From the NCBI GenBank assembly GCA_020060385.1, contig JAGVAH010000161.1, forward strand, positions 8,162 to 72,161: DNA of 64,000 nt, in the 5' to 3' direction. The DNA is from Syntrophobacterales bacterium (GTDB lineage Bacteria > Desulfobacterota > Desulfobaccia > Desulfobaccales > 0-14-0-80-60-11). Below are positions 9,105 to 19,152 of the stretch, piece by piece. The number at the start of each line of letters is the position of its first letter. Within the stretch, counting starts at the first letter, position 1. The notes under the pieces were generated by a model, which saw only the letters and a program-made list of their open reading frames with translations, was not told the origin of the DNA and did no database searches. The position numbers and the translations under genes are program-made.

Positions 9105-12100
9105 AGCACCAACTTTAGCGACTTCTTCACGTCCTGGGCCTTGATGGTGATTTCCCCCTTGGCCGTGCAGCCGTACACCTGGGGCGAATACATGGCCGAG
9201 ACCTTGGTGGCCGGGGCCACAAAGGTGCCCTCGCACACCGCCCGGGCGTAGTATTCGAACACCTGGGGGCCATGGTAGACCCAGTCCCGGAAGGCCAGGA
9301 CCCGGTCCTCCCGCATCTCCAGGTGGCTGGGCCGGAAGCGCATCAGGCCCTCCGGGGAGAAGTAGTCGAACCGGTCCTCGTCCTCCGGTCCGGGCTCCTC
9401 CGTCTTAAAGACCGGGTTCACCGCCACCAGGCCCGCGGGCAGGGGATCGTCGATCACCACATAGCGGGTGCTCTGGGCCGTGGGTTCCAACTGCACCGTC
9501 ACTTTCACCAAGTCGCCTACTTTAATCTCCTTGGACCCGTCAGTATTGGCGATGGTGCGGCTGACCTTGAAGCCCTGGGCCGCGCCCGTGGGTGCTAGAT
9601 CAAGGCGCGGATAGGTGAGGGTCAACTGGTAGAGCCAGGTGCGGCCTGGCTCCCCCCGCAGGTCAATGAAAGGATGGCTGAGCAGGGCCTCGGCGTCCAG
9701 GGTGAGCGTCTGGGACCGCTTGGGGTCCAAGGTAAGTTCGTAAGTGCCAGCCCCAGTCTGGCCCACGGTAATCATCCCGGGTGCGCCCCCGAACTTGGCC
9801 TTCTTAAAGTGCTGGCCCAGGGCCAGGAGGGCCCAACCCGTGTCGCTGGTGGAGGTCCAGATGCCCTGCTGGTCCAGGCCGCCCAAGAGGGCCGCAGCCG
9901 CCTTCCCGGTCAGAGGACTCTCGGGCATGATGGCGTCGCCAGCCAACAGCGCCAGGGCCGGGGCCCGGTAGCGGGCCATGAACTCGTCCTCGGCCAGATC
10001 CGCCTCGGGCCGCCCTTCCAGGAGCGGCTTCAACATCGCGGTCAATTCCTTGTCTGTCTTGAGATTTCCCAACCGGGCCGCCAGCAGCGTCAGCAGCTTG
10101 GCTTCCCGGGGGAAACGCGGGTAGTCCCGGGCCACCTTGTTGTAGGCGCTCCGGTCCAGGCCCTGGTTGAGGGCCAGGAGATAAATCACAAAACCTTCAA
10201 AAGAGGGGGAGCGCCGTTCGCCATAGAGTTTGTTGCGCAGGTAGCTGACGGCCTCCCTCAGGGCATTGTCTGATAGCGGCAAACCCTGGGCCTTGGCCTG
10301 GAGGAGGGCGGCCGTGGCGTAAACGCTGCCCCAGGGATGCGGCTCCAACTGACCCGGCCAATAGGGAAACCCCCCGCCGCTCACCTGCATATTCAGGAGG
10401 CGGGAGACGCCCTTGGCCAGATATTTGTCCACCTCCTCCAGGGTCACCCCGGACACCAGGCCGTTCTTGACCAGGCCCCGGAGGCTGGCCAGGGCCAACA
10501 CCCCGGAGCTGGTCTGCTCCACGCAGCCGTAGGGATAATGCAGCAGGTACTGGATGGCCCGGGACATCTTGATAAAGGGGGAACCGGCCACGGTCAGAAG
10601 GGCCTTGATTTCCTGGGGATTCACCTCTTTGCCACTCTTGGCCGCCAGATAGGAGGGTAGGGGGGCCTTGAACGCGGTGTGCCCGGCAAAGGTCCCGAAG
10701 GTCACGGTTGTCTCCCGCAGGTAGCCGGAGTTGACTTTAACCGGTAGCTCCACCGCATCCGTCTGCTGCTGGAATTCCCCGTTGAAACGGGCGGTGGCGG
10801 GCCCGGCCTGGGTGGCCTCCCCCCCTACCCGCAACTTGAGACTGTCCTTGGCCGGCAGATTCATCGCGGGGTCCAGGGCCTTGAGGGTGAGCCCTGCACT
10901 CCCGGCGGCGGTGAAATTCACCGGGCCGCTGGCCCCGCTGGAGTTGAAGGCCGCCACCAGGAACTGGAAGCGGTCCCCCTTGGTGAAGAAGCCGGGCAGG
11001 CCGGGCTCGATATAGAAATCCTTGGTGGCCAAAAGCGGCCGCTCCGGGCTGGCGAAGCGGCTGCCCCGGTCCAGGGCCACCACGTAGATGCGGTAGGTGG
11101 TCATATTGTCCGGCAGGGTGAAGGAGACTGCGGCCTTGCCCCCGGCATCGGTGCGCAGCGCGGGGTTGAAATAGGCCACGGGTTCGAAGCGCTTCCGGAG
11201 TTGGGCCAGGGCCGACTCGTCCATGCCGCCGCCGCCGGTCAGGGATTCGCTGCGGGCCAGGTAGAAGGGGGTCTGGTGCACCAGTAAGGCCCGCAACTCC
11301 CCGGTATACACCGCCAGGGGCTGATCGAAGCGCACCAAGCGGTCCAGGGTGGGGGTCTTGAAGCCGGTGAGGGCCAGGACCGCCTCATCCACCACCGCCA
11401 CCGCCAGTTCCGCCTCCACCCCTTTGCCGTCCGGGGTCTGCACCAGGAAATCCAGGGCCACCTTGTCTCCGGGCTCGGCCTTGAGGTCCTTCTTACCCGG
11501 GCTGATTTTTACCACCAGGGGGTCCACCTCCAGGCGCACCGGCAGATTGAGATTGCCCCAGACGAATCCCGGGGCCTCGGTGTCATAGCGGCCGGGCAGG
11601 ACCGGGAAATCCCCCCGGGGTGTCAAGCCCAGGACCGACACGTAGAAGTTGGGGGCGTATTCCTTTTTGATGGGCAGCTTCAAGGCCTGCGACTCTTGTG
11701 GGGCGGCGAGCACCTGGTGCCAGAGGACGCCGTTTTGTTCCAGGGTTACCAGGTAATAGGCCACCCGCTGGGGCGGGCTGATGGTCACCTGGGCCGTCTG
11801 GCCCGGCTTGTAGGCGGTTTGGTCCGCGGCCAGGGCCACGGTGGGGAAGGGCCGCCCCCTCCGGGGCTCGGTGTCCCAGAAGATATTGCCCGAAACCTCG
11901 TAGTAAGTGGAGGAAAGGAAACGCCGCCCCTTGTCGTCCTGGAAGGCGAAGGCCAGCAGATAGCGCCCCCCGTGGCTGAAGTCGAAGCGGAAATCAGCTT
12001 CCCCATTCTTGAGGTTCAAGTCCGCGGTGCGGGTGCGGCGCCACACCTCCTGGTCCTGCCAGAAGACGTCCCCCTGCTCATTGCGCTTGGCCACGTAGCC

Positions 12101-14299
12101 CCAGCGCTGCTCCATGATCTCCGCCTGGATTTTGCCCTGGGTGAGGAGTTTGCCGTCGGGCCGGGCCAGACGCAGCCGCAGGGCCAGGTCCTGGTTGGCC
12201 TTGACCCTCCCTGGGTGGGTGCTGATGCCCACCAGAATTTCCGGGTCCGCCTGCATGGTCTTGGTGGCGGTGGCGGGCCGGCCGTCGAAGTCCACCACCG
12301 TGGCCACTACCAGCAGGCCGTACTGGCCGGAGAGCATCTGGCGGTCCAGGGGAAACTCTATGGCCACCTGGCCCTTCTGGTCCAGGACGGCCTGGCCCCC
12401 TTCCAGGAGTTCCCCCTTCTCTTCACCCGCGCAGCCGAAGGTGAACCCCTCCTGGCCGGGGACCTGGTAGCTGGTCCTGGTCTGGTGAATCTTCCACTTG
12501 ACCTGGCCGTTCTTCACCGGCCCCCCCGCGTAGTATAGTCCGCTGATGATAATGCGCACAAATTCCCGGGGCCCGGCCCCCGGGGCTTGGTCCTGCCCGG
12601 GCTTGGTGAACCGCTGGAAGGCCACCTCGGCATAGTGCCGGGGAGGTTTGAACTCCTGCACCTCGAAGGTGCACTCCACCTTGGTCCGCTCCCCCCGGCT
12701 GGGCTGGGAGGAATCCTCATCTTCGACGTCCGTGTCCTCTGTTTCTCCCTCCTGGGACTCCCCCGCTTTTTCCTTGGCAGCCTTGCCGCCGAACTTGAGG
12801 GTGAGGGTATAGGCCCCCAGGGGCCAGTGGGGCTCCACTTTGAAGTCGCCGGCCGCGGTGCCGAAGTCCGAGAGCTTGGCGTTGGCGGTAAAAACTTGTT
12901 CCTGCTTGGAGTTGCGCACTTCAAAAGTCACGGCCCCGCCCGCGGGAGGCGAAATTTTCCCCCCGGCATACTCCCGGACCGTGCCCTTGTAAAACACCTT
13001 CTCGCCGGGGCGGTACACCCCCCGCTCCGTGAACACCTGGCCGGTCAGGGCCCGGGGCTTTTCGCCCCCTTCCGCCTGCCAGACGCCCACGGGCTTCAAG
13101 CCCCCCTGGGGCTTGATTTCGATGAAAGAGACGTCATTGCCGGTCCCGGCCAAAAGAAACCTGAGGCCCTCCCGGGCCACCAGCCGCTTCACCGTCCCGA
13201 ACTGGCCCAGGTGCTGGAGGGATACCCCTTCCAACTCTTTTTCCTGCCAGATGAGGATGCCGTCCTTGTCGGTGGTCCCCAAAGGAAAGATTTCCAGGTC
13301 CTTGCTGATGGCCGCCACCTGCACCCCGGCCAGGGGCGCGCCGGTCTTCAGAGAAGTGACCCAGAGCAGCACCCCGTTGCTCCCCAGTTTGTAGGTCAGG
13401 CCCAGGTTGGTGACTCGGAAGACCCGGGGCCCGGTGCCGATCTTGGGGTCCTGGGGGTCCCGCACCCGGATGAGGGAGAACGCCCCCTCCTTGGGCTCGG
13501 GCCGGAAGGTGAGGGGCAGGGACACGGCCTGGACTTTGTTCTTCTCCGCCGGGGCGGCAAAGAGCTGTTTTTCCGGCTGCAGCTTGCCCCAGAAGGGGGC
13601 CAGGGCCTTTTGCCCCGGCACCAGCTTCTCCGCCTGGGCCGCGGCCGTCTTCAGGAGTTCCAGTTGCTTCTCCCAGGCCGCCGGGTCTTTCTCCGCGGCC
13701 AGGGCCATGGGCAGGAGGACGGGGGGCACTTTCACCCCTTCCACCAGCAGATTGCCCACGTTTTGGGTGCGCACATGCAGGAGTTGGCGGCTGTCCAGCT
13801 CGATGACGCTCTTGGCCCCCACATACTCCACCTTGGGCGGCCGGTCGGGCATGGGGAAGGTCCTAACCGTGGGGCTATAGGTCCGGTCCTGGACCTTCAC
13901 ATCCTCGGGGAGGGACAGCAGGTACTTGGCGCCATAAACAAAGTTGCCCTTAAGGGTCAGGACCTTTTGGTCGTCGCTCATGGTGGAGTTGGCCCAATCC
14001 ACCTTGCTCCGGGGCAGGAGGCGGAGATGCTGGCGCAGAAATCCCAGGGTGAGGGGGTGGCTGAAAGTCACCCTGATCTCTTCTTTGGCGGGGTTGGGTT
14101 CAATCTTCTCCATGGTGAAATGCTTGGCGGGATCAAACGGGGCCTTGGTCTCGGCCGCCGGTCTGCTCCAGGCCCCGGCCAGGAGCAATAGGGCCAGGGC
14201 GGCCAAGGCCGCAATTTTACCCGGGCATAAGGCCCGGTACCGGTTAGAGCCCGCTTCCTTCCCTGTTACCCCGCCCCTTGTTGGTTTCTGCGATTCCAT
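9101..14299 (-). CDS. Bacterial alpha-2-macroglobulin (YfhM-like) with thioester site
   Basis: Thioester motif YPYGCVEQTSSG, with CVEQ being rc of 10514-10525. It has the very large multi-domain size typical of bacterial A2M and is paired with pbpC. I prefer the ATG at 14299 (MESQKPTRGG...), with AGGAGG 6 nt upstream, over the ORF-track start at 14434, which would overlap the upstream gene. Confidence 0.9.
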   Translation of the reverse strand: MESQKPTRGGVTGKEAGSNRYRALCPGKIAALAALALLLLAGAWSRPAAETKAPFDPAKHFTMEKIEPNPAKEEIRVTFSHPLTLGFLRQHLRLLPRSKVDWANSTMSDDQKVLTLKGNFVYGAKYLLSLPEDVKVQDRTYSPTVRTFPMPDRPPKVEYVGAKSVIELDSRQLLHVRTQNVGNLLVEGVKVPPVLLPMALAAEKDPAAWEKQLELLKTAAAQAEKLVPGQKALAPFWGKLQPEKQLFAAPAEKNKVQAVSLPLTFRPEPKEGAFSLIRVRDPQDPKIGTGPRVFRVTNLGLTYKLGSNGVLLWVTSLKTGAPLAGVQVAAISKDLEIFPLGTTDKDGILIWQEKELEGVSLQHLGQFGTVKRLVAREGLRFLLAGTGNDVSFIEIKPQGGLKPVGVWQAEGGEKPRALTGQVFTERGVYRPGEKVFYKGTVREYAGGKISPPAGGAVTFEVRNSKQEQVFTANAKLSDFGTAAGDFKVEPHWPLGAYTLTLKFGGKAAKEKAGESQEGETEDTDVEDEDSSQPSRGERTKVECTFEVQEFKPPRHYAEVAFQRFTKPGQDQAPGAGPREFVRIIISGLYYAGGPVKNGQVKWKIHQTRTSYQVPGQEGFTFGCAGEEKGELLEGGQAVLDQKGQVAIEFPLDRQMLSGQYGLLVVATVVDFDGRPATATKTMQADPEILVGISTHPGRVKANQDLALRLRLARPDGKLLTQGKIQAEIMEQRWGYVAKRNEQGDVFWQDQEVWRRTRTADLNLKNGEADFRFDFSHGGRYLLAFAFQDDKGRRFLSSTYYEVSGNIFWDTEPRRGRPFPTVALAADQTAYKPGQTAQVTISPPQRVAYYLVTLEQNGVLWHQVLAAPQESQALKLPIKKEYAPNFYVSVLGLTPRGDFPVLPGRYDTEAPGFVWGNLNLPVRLEVDPLVVKISPGKKDLKAEPGDKVALDFLVQTPDGKGVEAELAVAVVDEAVLALTGFKTPTLDRLVRFDQPLAVYTGELRALLVHQTPFYLARSESLTGGGGMDESALAQLRKRFEPVAYFNPALRTDAGGKAAVSFTLPDNMTTYRIYVVALDRGSRFASPERPLLATKDFYIEPGLPGFFTKGDRFQFLVAAFNSSGASGPVNFTAAGSAGLTLKALDPAMNLPAKDSLKLRVGGEATQAGPATARFNGEFQQQTDAVELPVKVNSGYLRETTVTFGTFAGHTAFKAPLPSYLAAKSGKEVNPQEIKALLTVAGSPFIKMSRAIQYLLHYPYGCVEQTSSGVLALASLRGLVKNGLVSGVTLEEVDKYLAKGVSRLLNMQVSGGGFPYWPGQLEPHPWGSVYATAALLQAKAQGLPLSDNALREAVSYLRNKLYGERRSPSFEGFVIYLLALNQGLDRSAYNKVARDYPRFPREAKLLTLLAARLGNLKTDKELTAMLKPLLEGRPEADLAEDEFMARYRAPALALLAGDAIMPESPLTGKAAAALLGGLDQQGIWTSTSDTGWALLALGQHFKKAKFGGAPGMITVGQTGAGTYELTLDPKRSQTLTLDAEALLSHPFIDLRGEPGRTWLYQLTLTYPRLDLAPTGAAQGFKVSRTIANTDGSKEIKVGDLVKVTVQLEPTAQSTRYVVIDDPLPAGLVAVNPVFKTEEPGPEDEDRFDYFSPEGLMRFRPSHLEMREDRVLAFRDWVYHGPQVFEYYARAVCEGTFVAPATKVSAMYSPQVYGCTAKGEITIKAQDVKKSLKLVL

Positions 14300-14372
14300 G
14301 ACCGCCCTCCTCGCTTCTGGGACTAAACCGCCGCCTAACCTTCCCTCTTTTTCCCCTGTCAGCCGGGTCGCC

Positions 14373-15242
14373 TTAGAGGAACTGTTTTTCCCGCTCCCTG
14401 ATGGCCCGGGCGCCGATAAACTCGAAGTACTCATCGAAGGTCAGCATGTGCTCTTGATAATCTTTGGTGCTGCCTTTTTCTTTCAGGTGCCGGGCCCAGC
14501 CCTGCAAGGCCTTGACTGCGGTAAATACGGACCCGCAAGGATAGGCCACCACGCTGTATCCCAAATCTTGGAGCTCTTGGGCCCTGAGCAAAGGGGTCTT
14601 CCCTCCTTCGATCATGTTCGCCATGCTGGGCGTATTGGACTCTGCCAGGGCCTGGTTCACCCGTTTCATGTCCTCCACCGCCTGCACCGCCTCCACAAAG
14701 ACCATGTCCGCCCCGGTTTGGGCGTAGATCTTGGCTCTCCTTACGGCCTCCTCGATACCATGGACCGCGCAGGAGTCCGTGCGGGCCATGATCACCAAAT
14801 CCGGGTCTTCCCGGGCCCAGAGGGCGGCCTTGAGCTTCGGCAGGTATTCCTCCACCGGGATGACGTCTTTTCCGGCCATGTGGCCGCAGCGTTTGGGATA
14901 AGTCTGGTCCTCGATAATAACGCCCACTGCCCCGGCCTTCTCGCAGTCTTTGACGGTGCGGATGACGCTGTTCACCCCGCCAAAGCCGGTATCGATATCC
15001 ACTAAGACGGGAAGACTCACAGTATTGCAGATGTTCCGGTACTGGGTGATCATTTCGGACCCCATCAATACGGAGATATCAGGCATACCCAAAAGGCTGC
15101 CTGAGAGGCCGTAGCCCGCCGCGCCGATGGCCTTGAATCCTGCCTGTTCCAGGACCTTGGCGGCAAGGCCGTCATGGCAGCAGGGCAATTGGAGGATTTC
15201 GGGAGCCTGGACCAGGTTCCGGAAAATGGCGGTCTTTTTCAT
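14373..15242 (-). CDS. Isocitrate lyase/PEP mutase superfamily enzyme (methylisocitrate lyase / oxaloacetate decarboxylase-like)
   Basis: 289 aa with motifs ...LPVLVDIDTGFGG..., ...GVIIEDQTYPKRCGH... and ...IMARTDS..., characteristic of the ICL/PEPM fold. Confidence 0.85.
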   Translation of the reverse strand: MKKTAIFRNLVQAPEILQLPCCHDGLAAKVLEQAGFKAIGAAGYGLSGSLLGMPDISVLMGSEMITQYRNICNTVSLPVLVDIDTGFGGVNSVIRTVKDCEKAGAVGVIIEDQTYPKRCGHMAGKDVIPVEEYLPKLKAALWAREDPDLVIMARTDSCAVHGIEEAVRRAKIYAQTGADMVFVEAVQAVEDMKRVNQALAESNTPSMANMIEGGKTPLLRAQELQDLGYSVVAYPCGSVFTAVKALQGWARHLKEKGSTKDYQEHMLTFDEYFEFIGARAIREREKQFL

Positions 15243-15525
15243 CGCTCCTCCTGGAATTTGCGGAGATCAGGGCCAGACTGGACCATCGAGGTCAAAGAGT
15301 AGTTTCGGGACCCGTGGCAGCCTCTCAGTATGGTAGCAGATTTTTCAGGGGAAAATAATGTTTCTTCAGATGCAGCCTGGGCAGAAAAGGGGGAGGCAGT
15401 CGTTCCAGGCCAGGTCTGAGGCGCGGGGGAAAAAAGGGGGAAGAATGGAATATCTACCCTTTGGTCCCCGGCCCCTGGCAGGAAAAAGTGGCAAATCATG
15501 GAAATTTTGCAGTTAGAAGGCCATG

Positions 15526-15783
15526 TTAGGCCGACTCATGGGTCTCCCGCTCAATGGCATGACAATCCATATCCACGGCCTGGCCCAGGATTGATGGTTC
15601 CCCGGGAGGAGGCGCGGGGTCCACCACCACTATGGCCGCGCAAACCCTGCAGACCGCCACCTGCGCCGGCCTTTCTTGGTGGGACCCGGAGGTAATTACC
15701 GAATCCATAAATTTCCCCAGCTGATGGCCCCTCAATTTTGCCGTCCCCCTGGCTTCTGCCTTTAATTGCTCCATTCTATCCAT
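15526..15783 (-). CDS. Hypothetical small protein (85 aa)
   Basis: AAGGAG lies 6 nt upstream of the ATG. The sequence contains CRVC and a later Cys. No family recognised. Confidence 0.55.
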   Translation of the reverse strand: MDRMEQLKAEARGTAKLRGHQLGKFMDSVITSGSHQERPAQVAVCRVCAAIVVVDPAPPPGEPSILGQAVDMDCHAIERETHESA

Positions 15784-15803
15784 GGCCGTCTCCTTAAGTT
15801 GAT

Positions 15804-16037
15804 TGAGCAGTGAGCAGTGAGCAGTAAGCAGTTACTCATGGGCCTTCGGCCCCCGCCTGAATTATGCAGACCCGTAGCGGCGGGCGTCCCCGCCCGCTTT
15901 GCTAATCCGTTGGCACACCCGCATATTATAGGGTATCAAAGTCGTAACTTTGCACCTGGAACACTGAACTTTTTCAAGGCAGTAAGAGGCAAAAGAAGGC
16001 CGATGGGCCTGGTTTTCTGCTCACTGCTCGCTGCTTA
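15804..16037. repeat. Inverted heptamer arrays (TGAGCAG)n ... (CTGCTCA)n bounding about 185 bp
   Basis: 15804-15831 reads TGAGCAG x3 plus TAAGCAG. 16017-16037 reads CTGCTCA, CTGCTCG, CTGCTTA, the reverse complement orientation. The enclosed segment carries a GC hairpin (agcggcgggcgtccccgcccgct). Confidence 0.7.
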
Positions 16038-16043
16038 CTCTCC

Positions 16044-16658
16044 TCAACCCCGCAGCTTCTTCGCCATCTCCGCCACCCGGCGGCCCAGGGCCTGGGCGAT
16101 GGCCAAATCTTCCGGGGCCGGGTTCAGTTCATTGCGGGAGCCCGCCAGGGTGGAGGCGCCGTAAGGGGTGCCCCCCCGGCCTTCGGTGTGCAGCATCCCC
16201 GGGGTGGAATAGGGCACGCCAACGATGACCATGCCCAGGTGCAGCAAGGGGGCCATCATGGTGAAGGGGGTGGTCTCCTGGCCCCCGTGGGCGGTGGCCG
16301 TGGAGGTGAAGACCCCCGCGGGCTTACCCTCAAAGGCCCCTTCCAGCCACAAGGACGCGGTGGAGTCGAAGAGCCGTTTCATCTGCGCGGCCATGTTGCC
16401 GTAGCGGGTGGGGGTGCCGAAGACAATGCCGTCCGCGTCCTTCAGGTCCTCCAGGGTGCAGACGGGAATCTCCTGCTGGCGCTTCCAGACCGCCAGGGCG
16501 TGCTCATGCTGGGGAATATCCCGTTCAACCTCCTCAAATTCCCGGACCCGCCGCCAGACCGGCTCCACTCCTTTAACCGACTTGACTCCCTCCACCACCG
16601 CCTGGGCCATTTGCAACACGTGGCCGTACATGGAATAATACACCACTAATACTTGCAT
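16044..16658 (-). CDS. wrbA: NAD(P)H:quinone oxidoreductase WrbA (flavodoxin-like)
   Basis: 204 aa with N-terminus MQVLVVYYSMYGHVLQMAQAV, plus ...GTPTRYGNMAAQMK... and ...HGGQETT..., typical of WrbA. Confidence 0.9.
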   Translation of the reverse strand: MQVLVVYYSMYGHVLQMAQAVVEGVKSVKGVEPVWRRVREFEEVERDIPQHEHALAVWKRQQEIPVCTLEDLKDADGIVFGTPTRYGNMAAQMKRLFDSTASLWLEGAFEGKPAGVFTSTATAHGGQETTPFTMMAPLLHLGMVIVGVPYSTPGMLHTEGRGGTPYGASTLAGSRNELNPAPEDLAIAQALGRRVAEMAKKLRG

Positions 16659-16681
16659 GTTCCTTCCTCTGTCATCCAGGG

Positions 16682-17000
16682 TTCAAAGTTCATGGTTCAA
16701 AGTTCAAGGTTAGGGGGCCTCGGGGCCACCCTGGTGAAATCGCCGTATCTTCCCCGGCGTTGGGGAATACCCCCAGTCAGGGGTAACTGCTCCCCCTGGC
16801 TGACCATAACTTAAACACCGGAAAGGGGATGTCAATCCGATGTCCCAAGCGTGGCTGGACAATCCCTGGGGATACTGCCCGCGGCCTCAAAGATATCTGC
16901 ACTTGCGTTGCCGTGGTTAGGTGTTATTTTGAAGTAAGTGCCGGCAACAATCCGGGTTAGTGGGAGACAGGCTTTTTTTTAAACCTTAAACCTTGAACTT
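16682..17000. repeat. Inverted GGTTCAA / TTGAACC-type heptamer arrays bounding the wrbA-glgP intergenic region
   Basis: 16682-16715 reads ggttcaa agttcat ggttcaa agttcaa ggttagg. 16982-17000 reads aacctta aaccttg aacttc in the opposite orientation. About 270 bp lies between them. Confidence 0.65.
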
Positions 17001-17016
17001 CTCAAAGGATATGACG

Positions 17017-19152
17017 ATGGATGACCTCCTGGACCGGTTTCCCCCGCTGCCCGCCAGAATCGCGGGTTTGGGAGAGTTGGCCTACAATCTCTGGTGGAGC
17101 TGGCACCCCGAAGCCCGGATGTTGTTTAAGAGATTGAACCGCATGGCCTGGAAGGCCACCGGTCATAATCCGGTGAAGCTGCTCCGGGTGCTCCCCCGGG
17201 CCTCCCTGGAGGCCGCAGCCGCAGACCCGGACTATTTGCGCCGCTACGACGCGGTGCTGGCCGATTTCCGGCAGCAGACCCAGACCCAGGTCTGCTGGTT
17301 CACGGAGAATATCATCCCCGGGGAGTGCCTGCCCATCGCCTATTTTTCCCTGGAGTACGGCCTGCACCACTCCCTGCCCTTTTATGCCGGAGGCCTGGGT
17401 TTTTTGGCCGGGGACCACCTCAAGGAATCCAGCGATCTGGGCATTCCCATGGTGGCCGTGGGCTTTATGTATCCGGGGGGGTATGTGCGCCAGCAGATCG
17501 ATGCCCACGGCTGGCAGGAAAGCGTGGACGAGGTCCTGGATCGGGACGCGGCTCCCATCACCCGGGTCCTGGACGGTCAGGGAGGCCAACTCATCGTCCA
17601 GGTGCCCTTTACCACCCCCCCCATTCATGTGGCCGTCTGGCAGGTGATGGTGGGCCGCATCCCCCTGTACCTGATGGATACCGACCTGGAGACCAATGAC
17701 CCCGCGCACCGGCGCATCTCTGACCATCTCTATATCGGCGATATGGAACAGCGCCTGCTCCAGGAGATCGTCCTGGGGATCGGCGGCAGCCAGGTGCTGG
17801 CCACCATGGGCATCCAGCACTCCGTCCTCCATCTGAACGAGGGCCATCCGGCCTTGGCTCTGCTGGAAAGGATCAGGGAGCGGGTGGAAGGCGGCATGGC
17901 TTATGAGGACGCGGTGCAGCAGGTCCGGGCCACTTCCATCTTCACCACCCACACGCCGGTGGCCGCGGGCCATGACGTCTTTCCCTTTGACCTCATGGAC
18001 AAATATATCTGCCATTGTTATCCGTTGCTGAACCTGACCCGGGAGGATTTCTTCCGCCTGGGGACCTCGCCCACGGATTCTCCCAATGCCGGCTTTAACA
18101 TGACCGCCTTTGCCCTGCGTCTGTCCCAATATCACAACGCGGTCAGCCGGAGGCACGGGGAGGTGGCCCGGAGCATGTGGCAGCCCTTATGGCCCCATCT
18201 GCCGGTGGAGCAGGTGCCCATCGATCACATTACCAACGGCGTCCATGTGCCCACCTGGATCGATCCCAAAATCGAACTCCGCTGCGTGGAGTGCCTGGGC
18301 CCCTTCTGGCTGGCGGAACATGATGACCCCGCGGTCTGGGGGGAGGTGGAAGATATTCCGGCGGGGGAATTTTGGGCCCTGCATTATCGGAAAAAGATCA
18401 AGCTGATCAACTACCTCCGGGAGCGGACCCGGCAGCGTTGGGTCACGAACCACGTGGGCTTAGGAAACGTGGTGGTGGGAGGGGCTTTGTTAGACCCTGC
18501 GGTCTTGACCCTGGGGTTTGCCCGGCGCTTCACCGCCTACAAGCGCGCGGACCTGATTCTTCATGATCTGGAGCGCCTGAAAAGACTCCTCAATGACGAC
18601 TTGCGGCCCCTGCAGATCATATTTGCCGGCAAGGCCCATCCCGCGGATGATCCCGGCAAGCGAATCCTGCAACGCATCTTTAATCTGGCCCGGGACCCGG
18701 ACCTGGGGGGCAGGATCGCCTTTGTGGAGGACTACGGGGAGCAGGTGGCCCAATACCTGGTCCACGGCGTGGACGTCTGGCTCAACAATCCCCTGCCGCC
18801 CCTGGAGGCCTGCGGCACCAGCGGCATGAAGGCCGCCATCAACGGCGTCCTGCATCTGAGCATCCTGGACGGCTGGTGGCTGGAAGGTTTCAACGGCCAG
18901 AACGGCTGGGCCTTCACCGGCGCGGCCGAGGGGGATAGGGACGCCAGGGACGCCGCAGCCATTTATGACCTGTTGGAGAAGGAAGTCATCCCCCTCTACT
19001 ACCAGGTGAATGATGGGGGGGTGCCCCTGGGCTGGGTTAAGAAGATGAAGGAGGCCATGCGCAATATCGGCCCCCGATTCAGCGCCCGGCGCATGGTCAA
19101 GGAATATTCCCAGAAATTTTACCAGCCCGGCCTCCAGGCCGCAGGCAGTTGA
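17017..19152 (+). CDS. glgP: Alpha-glucan phosphorylase (GT35, maltodextrin/glycogen phosphorylase family)
   Basis: N-terminus ...LGELAYNLWWSWHPEARMLF..., with PLP-site region EACGTSGMKAAINGVLHLSILDGWW. The ORF-track TTG start (16993) lies inside the heptamer repeat. The ATG at 17017 has AAGGA 8 nt upstream, and the ATG at 17011 is also possible. Confidence 0.9.
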   Translation: MDDLLDRFPPLPARIAGLGELAYNLWWSWHPEARMLFKRLNRMAWKATGHNPVKLLRVLPRASLEAAAADPDYLRRYDAVLADFRQQTQTQVCWFTENIIPGECLPIAYFSLEYGLHHSLPFYAGGLGFLAGDHLKESSDLGIPMVAVGFMYPGGYVRQQIDAHGWQESVDEVLDRDAAPITRVLDGQGGQLIVQVPFTTPPIHVAVWQVMVGRIPLYLMDTDLETNDPAHRRISDHLYIGDMEQRLLQEIVLGIGGSQVLATMGIQHSVLHLNEGHPALALLERIRERVEGGMAYEDAVQQVRATSIFTTHTPVAAGHDVFPFDLMDKYICHCYPLLNLTREDFFRLGTSPTDSPNAGFNMTAFALRLSQYHNAVSRRHGEVARSMWQPLWPHLPVEQVPIDHITNGVHVPTWIDPKIELRCVECLGPFWLAEHDDPAVWGEVEDIPAGEFWALHYRKKIKLINYLRERTRQRWVTNHVGLGNVVVGGALLDPAVLTLGFARRFTAYKRADLILHDLERLKRLLNDDLRPLQIIFAGKAHPADDPGKRILQRIFNLARDPDLGGRIAFVEDYGEQVAQYLVHGVDVWLNNPLPPLEACGTSGMKAAINGVLHLSILDGWWLEGFNGQNGWAFTGAAEGDRDARDAAAIYDLLEKEVIPLYYQVNDGGVPLGWVKKMKEAMRNIGPRFSARRMVKEYSQKFYQPGLQAAGS

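Noticed and set aside
14300-14434. N-terminal extension of the alpha-2-macroglobulin ORF (start at 14434)
   Set aside because: It has no RBS and overlaps the upstream gene by 62 nt. The extension is Ser/Gly/Lys-rich. The ATG at 14299 has a strong AGGAGG.
15239-15499. 86-aa minus-strand ORF upstream of the PEP-mutase-family gene
   Set aside because: It overlaps the start of the downstream gene, has no RBS or motifs, and its sequence looks non-coding.
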